Shown here: piece by piece, positions 1 to 15,000 of the stretch
Layout of the letters: the number at the start of each line of letters is the position of its first letter
How positions within the stretch are numbered: the first letter of the stretch is position 1
From: Eledone cirrhosa
Taxonomy: Eukaryota
Assembly (NCBI GenBank): GCA_964016885.1
Contig: OZ024744.1
Span: 115,568,001 to 115,632,000 of the forward strand
DNA: 64,000 bases
Direction: 5' to 3'
The notes under the pieces: generated by a model
The model's input: the letters and a program-made list of their open reading frames with translations, nothing else
What the model was told of the DNA's origin: nothing
The model's database searches: none
Made by a program: the position numbers and the translations under genes

Positions 1-3000
1 TTAATGTTGAGGATGTGTGAAGGGTAGATTGTATGATGTCTATGTTACATGGTAGTGAGACATGGGTATTGAATGTAGAGGATGTGTGAAGGGTAGATTG
101 TATGATGTCTGTGTATGTTACATGGTAGTGTGACATGGGTAGTTAATGTAGAGGATGTGTGAAGGGTAGATTGTATGATGTCTGTGTATGTTACATGGTA
201 GTGAGACATGGGTAGTTAATGTAGAGGATGTGTGAATGGTAGATTGTAAGATGTCTGTGTATGTTGCATGGTAGTGAGATATGGGTAGTTAATGTAGAGG
301 ATGTGTGAAGGGTAGATTGTAAGATGTCTGTGTATGTTACATGGTAGTGAGACATGGGTAGTTAATGTAGAGGATGTGTGAATGGTAGATTGTAAGATGT
401 CTGTGTATGTTACATGGTAGTTAGACATGGGTAGTTAATGTAGAGGATGTGTGAAGGGTAGATTGTAAGATGTCTGTGTATGTTACATGGTAGTTAGACA
501 TGGGCAGTTAATGTAGAGGATGTGTGAAGGGTAGATTGTATGATGTCTGTGTATGTTACATGGTAGTGTGACATGGGTAGTTAATGTAGAGGATGTGTGA
601 AGGGTAGATTGTATGATGTCTGTGTATGTTACATGGTAGTGAGCCATGGGTAGCTAATGTAGAGGATGTGTGAAGGGTAGATTGTATGATGTCTATGTTA
701 CATGGTAGTGAGACATGGGTATTGAATGTAGAGGATGTGTGAAGGGTAGATTGTATGATGTCTGTGTATGTTACATGGTAGTGAGACATGGGTAGTTAAT
801 GTAGAGGATGTGTGAAGGGTAGATTGTATGATGTCTGTGTATGTTACATGGTAGTGTGACATGGGTAGTTAATGAAGAGGATGTGTGAAGGGTAGATTTA
901 TGATATCTATGTTACATGGTAGTGAGACATGGGTAGTTAATGTAGAGGATGTGTGAATGGTAGATTGTATGATGTCTGTGTATGTTACATGGTAGTGAGA
1001 CATGGGTAATTAATGTAGAGGATGTGTGAAGGGTAGATTGTATGATGTCTGTGTATGTTACATGGTAGTGTGACATGGGTAGTTAATGTAGAGGATGTGT
1101 GAAGGGTAGATTGTATGATGTCTGTGTATGTTACATGGTAGTGAGACATGGGTAGTTAATGTAGAGGATGTGTGAAGGGTAGATTGTATGATGTCTATGT
1201 TACATGGTAGTGAGACATGGGTATTGAATGTAGAGGATGTGTGAAGGGTAGATTGTATGATGTCTGTGTATGTTACATGGTAGTGTGACATGGGTAGTTA
1301 ATGTAGAGGATGTGTGAAGGGTAGATTGTATGATGTATGTGTTACATGGTAGTGGGACATGGTTAGTTAATGTAGAGGATGTGTGAAGGGTAGATTGTAT
1401 GATGTCTATGTTACATGGTAGTGAGACATGGGTATTGAATGTAGAGGATGTGTGAAGGGTAGATTGTATGATGTCTGTGTATGTTACATGGTAGTGAGAC
1501 ATGGGTAGTTAATGTAGAGGATGTGTGAAGGGTAGATTGTATGATGTCTGTGTATGTTACATGGTAGTTAGACATGGGTAGTTAATGTAGAGGATGTGTG
1601 AAGGGTAGATTGTAAGATGTCTGTGTATGTTACATGGTAGTGAGACATGGGTAGTTAATGTAGAGGATGTGTGAATGGTAGATTGTAAGATGTCTGTGTA
1701 TGTTACATGGTAGTGAGACATGGGTAGTTAATGTAGAGAATGTGTGAAGGGTAGATTGTATGATATCTGTGTATGTTACATGGTAGTGAGACATGGGTAG
1801 TTAATATAGAGGATGTGTGAATGGTAGATTGTAAGATGTCTGTGTATGTTGCATGGTAGTGAGATATGGGTAGTTAATGTAGAGGATGTGTGAAGGGTAG
1901 ATTGTAAGATGTCTGTGTATGTTACATGGTAGTGGGACATGGGTAGTTAATGTAGAGGATGTGTGAATGGTAGATTGTAAGATGTCTGTGTATGTTACAT
2001 GGTAGTTAGACATGGGTAGTTAATGTAGAGGATGTGTGAAGGGTAGATTGTAAGATGTCTGTGTATGTTACATGGTAATGAGACATGGGTAGTTAATGTA
2101 GAGGATGTGTGAATGGTAGATTGTACGATGTCTGTGTATGTTACATGGTAGTTAGACATGGGCAGTTAATGTAGAGGATGTGTGAAGGGTAGATTGTATG
2201 ATGTCTGTGTATGTTAGATGGTAGTGAGCCATGGGTAGTTAATGTAGAGGATGTGTGAAGGGTAGATTGTATGATGTCTATGTTACATGGTAGTGAGACA
2301 TAGGTAGTTAATGTAGAGGATGTGTGAAGGGTAGATTGTATGATGTCTGTGTATGTTACATGGTAGTGGGACATGGGTAGTTAATGTAGAGGATGTGTGA
2401 AGGGTAGATTGTATGATGTCTGTGTATGTTACATGGTAGTGAGCCATGGGTAGCTAATGTAGAGGATGTGTGAAGGGTAGATTGTATGATGTCTATGTTA
2501 CAAGGTAGTGAGACATGGGTATTGAATGTAGAGGATGTGTGAAGGGTAGATTGTATGATGTCTGTGTATGTTACATGGTAGTGAGACATGGGTAGTTAAT
2601 GTAGAGGATGTGTGAAGGTTAGAGTGTATGATGTCTGTGTATGTTACATGGTAGTGGGACATGGGTAGTTAATGTAGAGGATGTGTGAAGGGTAGATTAT
2701 ATGATATCTGCGTATGTTACATGGTAGTGAGACATGGGTAATTAATGTAGAGGATGTGTGAAGGGTAGATTGTATGATGTCTGTGTATGTTACATGGTAG
2801 TGAGACATGGGTAATTAATGTAGAGGATGTGTGAAGGGTAGATTGTATGATGTCTGTGTATGTTACATGGTAGTGATACATGTGTAGTTAATGTAGAGGA
2901 TGTGTGAAGGGTAGAGTGTATGATGTCTGTGTATGTTACATGGTAGTGTGACATGGGTAGTTAATGTAGAGGATGTGTGAAGGGTAGATCGTATGATATC

Positions 3001-6000
3001 TATGTTACAAGGTAGTGAGATATGGGTAGTTAATGTAGAGGATGTGTGAAGGGTAGATTGTAAGATGTCTGTGTATGTTACATGGTAGTGAGACATGGGT
3101 AGTTAATGTAGAGGATGTGTGAATGGTAGATTGTATGATATCTATGTTACATGGTAGTGAGACATGGGTAGTTAATGTAGAGGATGTGTGAAGGGTAGAT
3201 TGTAAGATGTCTGTGTATGTTACATGGTAGTTAGACATGGGCAGTTAATGTAGAGGATGTGTGAAGGGTAGATTGTATGATGTCTGTGTATGTTACATGG
3301 TAGTGGGACATGGGTAGTTAATGTAGAGGATGTGTGAAGGGTAGATTGTATGATGTCTGTGTATGTTACATGGTAGTGAGCCATGGGTAGCTAATGTAGA
3401 GGATGTGTGAAGGGTAGATTGTATGATGTCTATGTTACATGGTAGTGAGACATGGGTAGTTAATGTAGAGGATGTGTGAAGGGTAGATTGTATGATATCT
3501 ATGTTACATGGTAGTGTAACATGGGTAGTTAATGTAGAGGATGTGTGAATGGTATATTGTATGATGTCTATGTTATATGGTAGTGAGACATGGGTAGTTA
3601 ATGTAGAGGATGTGTGAAGGGTAGATTGTATGATGTCTGTGTTACATGGTAGTGAGACATGGGTATTGAATGTAGAGGATGTGTGAAGGGTAGATTGTAT
3701 GATGTCTGTGTATGTTACATGGTAGTGAAACATGGGTAGTTAATGTAGAGGATGTGTGAAGAGAAGATTGTATGATGTCTGTGTATGTTACATGGTAGTG
3801 AGACATGGGTAGTTAATGTAGAGGATGTGTGAAGGCTAGATTGTATGATGTCTGTGTTACATGGTAGTGAGACATGGGGAGTTAATGTAGAGGATGTGTG
3901 AAGGGTAGATTGTATGATGTCTGTGTATGTTACATGGTAGTGAGACATGGTTATTGAATGTAGAGGATGTGTGAAGGGTAGATTGTATGATGTCTGTGTA
4001 TGTTACATGGTAGTGAGACATGGATATTGAATGTAAAGGATGTGTGAGGGGTAGATTGTATGATGTCTATGTTACATGGTAGTGGGACATGGGTAGTAAA
4101 TGTAGAGGATGTGTGAATGGTAGATTGTATGATGTCTGTGTATGTTACATGGTAGTGAGACATGGGTAGGTAATGTAGAGGATGTGTGAAGGGTAGATTG
4201 TATGATGTCTATGTTACATGGTAGTGAGAGATGGGTAGTAAATGTAGAGGATGTGTGAAGGGTAGATTGTATGATGTCTGTGTATGTTACATGGTAGTGA
4301 GACATGGGTAGTTAATGTAGAGGATGTGTGAAGGGTAGATCGTATGATGTCTGTGTATGTTACATGGTAGTGAGACATGGGTAGGTAATGTAGAGGATGT
4401 GTGAAGGGTAGATCGTATGATGTCTATGTTACATGGTAGTGAGAGATGGGTAGTAAATGTAGAGGATGTGTGAAGGGTAGATTGTATGATGTCTGTGTAT
4501 GTTACATGGTAGTGAGACATGGGTAGGTAATGTAGAGGATGTGTGAAGGGTAGATTGTATGATGTCTGTGTATGTTACATGGTAGTGAGACATGGGTAGT
4601 TAATGTAGAGGATGTGTGAAGGGTAGATCGTATGATGTCTGTGTATGGTACATGGTAGTGAGACATGGGTAGGTAATGTAGAGGATGTGTGAAGGGTAGA
4701 TCGTATGATGTCTATGTTACATGGTAGTGAGAGATGGGTAGTAAATGTAGAGGATGTGTGAATGGTAGATTGTATGATGTCTGTGTATGTTACATGGTAG
4801 TGAGACATGGGTAGGTAATGTAGAGGATGTGTGAAGGGTAGATCGTATGATGTCTATGTTACATGGTAGTGAGAGATGGGTAGTAAATGTAGAGGATGTG
4901 TGAAGGGTAGATTGTATGATGTCTGTGTATGTTACATGGTAGTGAGACATGGGTAGGTAATGTAGAGGATGTGTGAAGGGTAGATTGTATGATGTCTGTG
5001 TATGTTACATGGTAGTGAGACATGGGTAGTTAATGTAGAGTATGTGTGAAGGGTAGATCGTATGATGTCTGTGTATGTTACATGGTAGTGAGACATGGGT
5101 AGGTAATGTAGAGGATGTGTGAAGGGTAGATCGTATGATGTCTATGTTACATGGTAGTGAGAGATGGGTAGTAAATGTAGAGGATGTGTGAAGGGTAGAT
5201 TGTATGATGTCTGTGTATGTTACATGGTAGTGAGACATGGGTAGGTAATGTAGAGGATGTGTGAACGGTAGATTGTATGATGTCTGTGTATGTTACATGG
5301 TAGTGAGACATGGGTAGGTAATGTAAAGGTTGTGTGAAGGGTAGATCGTATGATGTCTGTGTATGTTACATGGTAGTGTGACATGGGTAGGTAATGTAGA
5401 GGATGTGTGAAGGGTAGATTGTATGATGTCTATGTTACATGGTAGTGAGACATGGGTGGTTAATGTAGAGGATGTGTGAAGGGTAGATCGTATGATGTCT
5501 ATGTTACATGGTAGTGAGAGATGGGTAGTAAATGTAGAGGATGTGTGAAGGGTAGATTGTATGATGTCTGTGTATGTTACATGGTAGTGAGACATGGGTA
5601 GGTAATGTAGAGGATGTGTGAAGGGTAGATTGTATGATGTCTGTGTATGTTACATGGTAGTGAGACATGGGTAGTTAATGTAGAGGATGTGTGAAGGGTA
5701 GATCGTATGATGTCTATGTTACATGGTAGTGAGAGATGGGTAGTAAATGTAGAGGATGTGTGAAGGGTAGATTGTATGATGTCTATGTTACATGGTAGTG
5801 AGACATGGGTAGTAAATGTAGAGGATGTGTGAATGGTAGATTGTATGATGTATGTGTTACATGGTAGTGAGACATGGTTATTGAATGTAGAGGATGTGTG
5901 AATGGTAGATTGTATGATGTATGTGTTACATGGTAGTGAGACATGGTTATTGAATGTAGAGGATGTGTGAAGGGTAGATTGTATGATGTGTGTATGTTAC

Positions 6001-9000
6001 ATGGTAGTGTGACATGGGTAGTTAATGTAGAGGATGTGTGAAGGGTAGATTGTATGATGTCTGTGTATGTTACATGGTAGTGTGACATGGGTAGTTAATG
6101 TAGAGGAAGTGTGAAGGGTAGATTGTATGATGTCTGTGTATGTTACATGGTAGTGAGACATGGGTAGTTAATGTAGAGGATGTGTGAAGGGTAGATTGTA
6201 TGATGTCTATGTTACATGGTAGTGAGACATGGGTATTGAATGTAGAGGATGTGTGAAGGGTAGATTGTATGATGTCTGTGTATGTTACATGGTAGTGTGA
6301 CATGGGTAGTTATTGTAGAGGATGTGTGAAGGGTAGATTGTACGATGTCTGTGTTACATGGTAGTGAGACATGGGTAGTTAATGTAGAGGATGTGTGAAG
6401 GGTAGAGTGTATGATGTATGTGTTACATGGTAGTGGGACATGGTTAGTTAATGTAGAGGATGTGTGAAGGGTAGATTGTATGATGTCTATGTCACATGGT
6501 AGTGAGACATAGGTAGTCAATGTAGAGGATGTGTGAAGGGTAGATTGTATGATGTCTGTGTATGTTACATGGTAGTGAGACATGGGTAGTTAATGTAGAG
6601 GATGTGTGAAGGGTAGATTGTATGATGTCTGTGTATGTTACATGGTAGTTAGACATGGGTAGTTAATGTAGAGGATGTGTGAAGGGTAGATTGTAAGATG
6701 TCTGTGTATGTTACATGGTAGTGAGACATGGGTAGTTAATGTAGAGGATGTGTGAATGGTAGATTGTAAGATGTCTGTGTATGTTACATGGTAGTGAGAC
6801 ATGGGTAGTTAATGTAGAGGATGTGTGAAGGGTTGATTGTATGATATCTGTGTATGTTACATGGTAGTGAGACATGGGTAGTTAATGTAGAGGATGTGTG
6901 AATGGTAGATTGTAAGATGTCTGTGTATGTTACATGGTAGTGAGCTATGGGTAGTTAATGTAGAGGATGTGTGAAGGGTAGATTGTAAGATGTCTGTGTA
7001 TGTTACATGGTAGTGAGACATGGGTAGTTAATGTAGAGGATGTGTGAATGGTAGATTGTAAGATGTCTGTGTATGTTACATGGTAGTTAGACATGGGTAG
7101 TTAATGTAGAGGATGTGTCAAGGGTAGATTGTAAGATGTCTGTGTATGTTACATGGTAGTTAGACCTGGGCAGTTAATGTAGAGGATGTGTGAAGGGTAG
7201 ATTGTAAGATGTCTGTGTATGTTACATGGTAGTGAGACATGGGTAGTTAATGTAGAGCATGTGTGAATGGTAGATTGTAAGATGTCTGTGTATGTTACAT
7301 GGTAGTGAGACATGGGTAGTTAATGTAGAGGATGTGTGAAGGGTAGATTGTATGATGTCTATGTTACATGGTAGAGAGACATGGGTAGTTAATGTAGAGG
7401 ATGTGTGAAGGGTAGATTGTATGATGTCTGTGTATGTTACATGGTAGTGAGACATGGGTAGTTAATGTAGAGGATGTGTGAAGGGTAGATTGTATGATGT
7501 CTGTGTATGTTACATGGTAGTGGGACATGGGTAGTTAATGTAGAGGATGTGTGAGGGGTAGATTGTATGATGTCTGTGTATGTTACATGGTAGTGAGCCA
7601 TGGGTAGTTAATGTAGAGGATGTGTGAAGGGTAGATTGTATGATGTCTGTGTTACATGGTAGTGAGACATGGGTAGTTAATGTAGAGGATGTGTGAAGGG
7701 TAGAGTGTATGATGTATATGTATGTTACATGGTAGTGGGCCATGGGTAGGTAATGTAGAGGATGTGTGAAGGGTAGATTGTATGATGTCTATGTTACATG
7801 GTAGTGATACATGGGTATTGAATGTAGAGGATGTGTGAAAGGTAGATTGTATGATGTCTGTGTTACATGGTAGTGAGACATGGGTAGTTAATGTAGAGGA
7901 TGTGTGAAGGGTAGAGTGTATGATGTCTGTGTTACATGGTAGGGAGAAATGGGTAGTTAATGTAGAGGATGTGTGAAGGGTAGATTGTATGATGTCTGTG
8001 TATGTTACATGGTAGAGAGACATGGGTAGTTAATGTAGAGGATGTGTGAAGGGTAGATTGTATGATGTCTGTGTATGTTACATGGTAGAGAGACATGGGT
8101 AGTTAATGTAGAGGATGTGTGAAGGGTAGATTGTATGATGTCTGTGTATGTTACATGATAGTGAGACATGGGTAGTTAATGTAGAGGATGTGTGAATGGT
8201 AGATTGCAAGATGTCTGTGTATGTTACATGGTAGTTAGACATGGGTAGTTAATGTAGAGGATGTGTGAAGGGTAGATTGTAAGATGTCTGTGTATGTTAC
8301 ATGGTAGTTAGACATGGGCAGTTAATGTAGAGGATGTGTGAAGGGTAGATTGTAAGATGTCTGTGTATGTTACATGGTAGTGAGACATGGGTAGTTAATG
8401 TAGAGGATGTGTGAATGGTAGATTGTAAGATGTCTGTGTATGTTACATGGTAGTGAGACATGGGTAGTTAATGTAGAGGATGTGTGAAGGGTAGATTGTA
8501 TGATGTCTATGTTACATGGTAGTGAGACATGGGTAGTAAATGTAGAGGATGTGTGAATGGTAGATTGTATGATGTATGTGTTACATGGTAGTGAGACATG
8601 GTTATTGAATGTAGAGGATGTGTGAATGGTAGATTGTATGATGTATGTGTTACATGGTAGTGAGACATGGTTATTGAATGTAGAGGATGTGTGAAGGGTA
8701 GATTGTATGATGTGTGTATGTTACATGGTAGTGTGACATGGGTAGTTAATGTAGAGGATGTGTGAAGGGTAGATTGTATGATGTCTGTGTATGTTACATG
8801 GTAGTGTGACATGGGTAGTTAATGTAGAGGAAGTGTGAAGGGTAGATTGTATGATGTCTGTGTATGTTACATGGTAGTGAGACATGGGTAGTTAATGTAG
8901 AGGATGTGTGAAGGGTAGATTGTATGATGTCTATGTTACATGGTAGTGAGACATGGGTATTGAATGTAGAGGATGTGTGAAGGGTAGATTGTATGATGTC

Positions 9001-12000
9001 TGTGTATGTTACATGGTAGTGTGACATGGGTAGTTATTGTAGAGGATGTGTGAAGGGTAGATTGTACGATGTCTGTGTTACATGGTAGTGAGACATGGGT
9101 AGTTAATGTAGAGGATGTGTGAAGGGTAGAGTGTATGATGTATGTGTTACATGGTAGTGGGACATGGTTAGTTAATGTAGAGGATGTGTGAAGGGTAGAT
9201 TGTATGATGTCTATGTCACATGGTAGTGAGACATAGGTAGTCAATGTAGAGGATGTGTGAAGGGTAGATTGTATGATGTCTATGTCACATGGTAGTGAGA
9301 CATAGGTAGTCAATGTAGAGGATGTGTGAAGGGTAGATTGTATGATGTCTGTGTATGTTACATGGTAGTGAGACATGGGTAGTTAATGTAGAGGATGTGT
9401 GAAGGGTAGATTGTATGATGTCTGTGTATGTTACATGGTAGTTAGACATGGGTAGTTAATGTAGAGGATGTGTGAAGGGTAGATTGTAAGATGTCTGTGT
9501 ATGTTACATGGTAGTGAGACATGGGTAGTTAATGTAGAGGATGTGTGAATGGTAGATTGTAAGATGTCTGTGTATGTTACATGGTAGTGAGACATGGGTA
9601 GTTAATGTAGAGGATGTGTGAAGGGTTGATTGTATGATATCTGTGTATGTTACATGGTAGTGAGACATGGGTAGTTAATGTAGAGGATGTGTGAATGGTA
9701 GATTGTAAGATGTCTGTGTATGTTACATGGTAGTGAGCTATGGGTAGTTAATGTAGAGGATGTGTGAAGGGTAGATTGTAAGATGTCTGTGTATGTTACA
9801 TGGTAGTGAGACATGGGTAGTTAATGTAGAGGATGTGTGAATGGTAGATTGTAAGATGTCTGTGTATGTTACATGGTAGTTAGACATGGGTAGTTAATGT
9901 AGAGGATGTGTCAAGGGTAGATTGTAAGATGTCTGTGTATGTTACATGGTAGTTAGACCTGGGCAGTTAATGTAGAGGATGTGTGAAGGGTAGATTGTAA
10001 GATGTCTGTGTATGTTACATGGTAGTGAGACATGGCTAGTTAATGTAGAGCATGTGTGAATGGTAGATTGTAAGATGTCTGTGTATGTTACATGGTAGTG
10101 AGACATGGGTAGTTAATGTAGAGGATGTGTGAAGGGTAGATTGTATGATGTCTATGTTACATGGTAGAGAGACATGGGTAGTTAATGTAGAGGATGTGTG
10201 AAGGGTAGATTGTATGATGTCTGTGTATGTTACATGGTAGTGAGACATGGGTAGTTAATGTAGAGGATGTGTGAGGGGTAGATTGTATGATGTCTGTGTA
10301 TGTTACATGGTAGTGAGCCATGGGTAGTTAATGTAGAGGATGTGTGAAGGGTAGATTGTATGATGTATGTCTTACATGGTAGTGAGACATGGGTAGTTAA
10401 TGTAGAGGATGTGTGAATGGTAGATTGTATGATGTCTATGTTACATGGTAGTGAGACATGGGTAGTTAATGTAGAGGATGTGTGAAGGGTAGATTGTATT
10501 ATGTCTGTGTATGTTACATGGTAGTGAGACATGGGTAATTAATGTAGAGGATGTGTGAAGGGTAGATTGTATGATGTCTGTGTTACATGGTAGTGAGACA
10601 AGGGTAGTTAATGTAGAGGATGTGTGAAGGGTAGATTGTATGATGTATATGTATGTTACATGGTAGTGGGCCATGGGTAGGTAATGTAGAGGATGTGTGA
10701 AGGGTAGATTGTATGATGTCTATGTTACATGGTAGTGATACATGGGTATTGAATGTAGAGGATGTGTGAAAGGTAGATTGTATTATGTCTGTGTATGTTA
10801 CATGGTAGTGAGACATGGGTAATTAATGTAGAGGATGTGTGAAGGGTAGATTGTATGATGTCTGTGTTACATGGTAGTGAGACAAGGGTAGTTAATGTAG
10901 AGGATGTGTGAAGGGTAGATTGTATGATGTCTGTGTATGTTACATGGTAGTGAGACATGGGTAGTTAATGTAGAGGATGTGTGAAGGGTAGATTGTATGA
11001 TGTCTGTGTATGTTACATGGTAGTGGGACATGGGTAGTTAATGTAGAGGATGTGTGAGGGGTAGATTGTATGATGTCTGTGTATGTTACATGGTAGTGAG
11101 CCATGGGTAGTTAATGTAGAGGATGTGTGAAGGGTAGATTGTATGATGTCTGTGTTACATGGTAGTGAGACATGGGTAGTTAATGTAGAGGATGTGTGAA
11201 GGGTAGAGTGTATGATGTATATGTATGTTACATGGTAGTGGGCCATGGGTAGGTAATGTAGAGGATGTGTGAAGGGTAGATTGTATGATGTCTATGTTAC
11301 ATGGTAGTGATACATGGGTATTGAATGTAGAGGATGTGTGAAAGGTAGATTGTATGATGTCTGTGTTACATGGTAGTGAGACATGGGTAGTTAATGTAGA
11401 GGATGTGTGAAGGGTAGAGTGTATGATGTCTGTGTTACATGGTAGGGAGAAATGGGTAGTTAATGTAGAGGATGTGTGAAGGGTAGATTGTATGATGTCT
11501 GTGTATGTTACATGGTAGAGAGACATGGGTAGTTAATGTAGAGGATGTGTGAAGGGTAGATTGTATGATGTCTGTGTATGTTACATGGTAGAAAGACATG
11601 GGTAGTTAATGTAGAGGATGTGTGAAGGGTAGATTGTATGATGTCTGTGTATGTTACATGGTAGTGAGACATGGGTAGTTAATGTAGAGGATGTGTGAAT
11701 GGTAGATTGCAAGATGTCTGTGTATGTTACATGGTAGTTAGACATGGGTAGTTAATGTAGAGGATGTGTGAAGGGTAGATTGTAAGATGTCTGTGTATGT
11801 TACATGGTAGTTAGACATGGGCAGTTAATGTAGAGGATGTGTGAAGGGTAGATTGTAAGATGTCTGTGTATGTTACATGGTAGTGAGACATGGGTAGTTA
11901 ATGTAGAGGATGTGTGAATGGTAGATTGTAAGATGTCTGTGTAGGTTACATGGTAGTGAGACATGGGTAGTTAATGTAGAGGATGTGTGAAGGGTAGATT

Positions 12001-15000
12001 GTATGATGTCTATGTTAAATGGTAGAGAGACATGGGTAGTTAATGTAGAGGATGTGTGAAGGGTAGATTGTATGATGTCTGTGTATGTTACATGGTAGTG
12101 AGACATGGGTAGTTAATGTAGAGGATGTGTGAGGGGTAGATTGTATGATGTCTGCGTATGTTACATGGTAGTGGGACATGGGTAGTTAATGTAGAGGATG
12201 TGTGAGGGGTAGATTGTATGATGTCTGCGTATGTTACATGGTAGTGAGCCATGGGTAGTTAATGTAGAGGATGTGTGAAGGGTAGATTGTATGATGTCTG
12301 TGTTACATGGTAGTGAGACATGGGTAGTTAATGTAGAGGATGTGTGAAGGGTAGAGTGTATGATGTATATGTATGTTACATGGTAGTGGGCCATGGGTAG
12401 GTAATGTAGAGGATGTGTGAAGGGTAGATTGTATGATGTCTATGTTACATGGTAGTGATACATGGGTATTGAATGTAGAGGATGTGTGAAAGGTAGATTG
12501 TATGATGTCTGTGTTACATGGTAGTGAGACATGGGTAGTTAAGTAGAGGATGTGTGAAGGGTAGAGTGTATGATGTCTGTGTTACATGGTAGGGAGAAAT
12601 GGGTAGTTAATGTAGAGGATGTGTGAAGGGTAGATTGTATGATGTCTGTGTATGTTACATGGTAGAGAGACATGGGTAGTTAATGTAGAGGATGTGTGAA
12701 GGGTAGATTGTATGATGTCTGTGTATGTTACATGGTAGAGAGACATGGGTAGTTAATGTAGAGGATGTGTGAAGGGTAGAGTGTATGATGTCTGTGTATG
12801 TTACATGGTAGTGGGACATGTGTAGTTAATGTAGAGGATGTGTGAAGGGTAGATTGTATGATGTCTGTGTATGTTACATGGTAGTGTGACATGGGTAGTT
12901 AATGTAGAGGATGTGTGAAGGGTAGATTATATGATGTCTGTGTATGTTACATGGTAGTGTGACATGGGTAGTTAATGTAGAGGATGTGTGAAGGGTAGAT
13001 TATATGATATCTGCGTATGTTACATGGTAGTGAGACATGGGTAGTTAATGTAGAGGATGTGTGAAGGGTAGATTATATGATGTCTGTGTATGTTACATGG
13101 TAGTGTGACATGGGTAGTTAATGTAGAGGATGGTGAAGGGTAGATTATATGATATCTGCGTATGTTACATGGTAGTGAGACATGGGTAGTTAATGTAGAG
13201 GATGTGTGAAGGGTAGATTGTATGATGTATGTGTTACATGGTAGTGAGACATGGGTAGTTAATGTAGAGGATGTGTGAATGGTAGATTGTATGATGTCTA
13301 TGTTACATGGTAGTGAGACATGGGTAGTTAATGTAGAGGATGTGTGAAGGGTAGATTGTATTATGTCTGTGTATGTTACATGGTAGTGAGACATGGGTAA
13401 TTAATGTAGAGGATGTGTGAAGGGTAGATTGTATGATGTCTGTGTTACATGGTAGTGAGACAAGGGTAGTTAATGTAGAGGATGTGTGAAGGGTAGATTG
13501 TATGATGTCTGTGTATGTTACATGGTAGTGAGACATGGGTATTGAATGTAGAGGATGTGTGAAGGGTAGATTGTATGATGTCTGTGTATGTTACATGGTA
13601 GTGAGACATGGGTATTGAATGTAGAGGATGTGTGAAGGGTAGATTGTATGATGTCTGTGTATGTTACATGGTAGTTAGACATGGGTAGTTAATGTAGAGG
13701 ATGTGTGAAGGGTAGATTGTAAGATGTCTGTGTATGTTACATGGTAGTGAGACATAGGTAGTTAATGTAGAGGATGTGTGAAGGGTAGATTGTATGATGT
13801 CTATGTTACATGGTAGTGAGACATGGGTATTGAATGTAGAGGATGTGTGAAGGGTAGATTGTATGATGTCTGAGTTACATGGTAGTGAGACATGGTTAGT
13901 TAATGTAGAGGATGTGTGAAGGGTAGAGTGTATGATGTATGTGTATGTTACATGGTAGTGGGACATGGGTAGTTAATGTAGAGGATGTGTGAAGGGTAGA
14001 TTGTATGATATCTGCGTATGTTACATGGTAGTGAGACATGGGTAGTAAATGTAGAGGATGTGTGAATGGTAGATTGTAAGATGTCTGTGTATGTTACATG
14101 GTAGTGAGACATGGGTAGTTAATGTAGAGAATGTGTGAAGGGTAGATTGTATGATATCTGTGTATGTTACATGGTAGTGAGACATGGGTAGTTAATATAG
14201 AGGATGTGTGAATGGTAGATTGTAAGATGTCTGTGTATGTTGCATGGTAGTGAGATATGGGTAGTTAATGTAGAGGATGTGTGAAGGGTAGATTGTAAGA
14301 TGTCTGTGTATGTTACATGGTAGTGGGACATGGGTAGTTAATGTAGAGGATGTGTGAATGGTAGATTGTAAGATGTCTGTGTATGTTACATGGTAGTTAG
14401 ACATGGGTAGTTAATGTAGAGGATGTGTGAAGGGTAGATTGTAAGATGTCTGTGTATGTTACATGGTAATGAGACATGGGTAGTTAATGTAGAGGATGTG
14501 TGAATGGTAGATTGTACGATGTCTGTGTATGTTACATGGTAGTTAGACATGGGCAGTTAATGTAGAGGATGTGTGAAGGGTAGATTGTATGATGTCTGTG
14601 TATGTTAGATGGTAGTGAGCCATGGGTAGTTAATGTAGAGGATGTGTGAAGGGTAGATTGTATGATGTCTATGTTACATGGTAGTGAGACATAGGTAGTT
14701 AATGTAGAGGATGTGTGAAGGGTAGATTGTATGATGTCTGTGTATGTTACATGGTAGTGAGACATGGGTAGTTAATGTAGAGGATGTGTGAAGGGTAGAT
14801 TGTATGATGTCTGTGTATGTTACATGGTAGTTAGACATGGGTAGTTAATGTAGAGGATGTGTGAAGGGTAGATTGTATGATGTCTGTGTATGTTACATGG
14901 TAGTGGGACATGGGTAGTTAATGTAGAGGATGTGTGAAGGGTAGATTGTATGATGTCTGTGTATGTTACATGGTAGTGAGCCATGGGTAGCTAATGTAGA

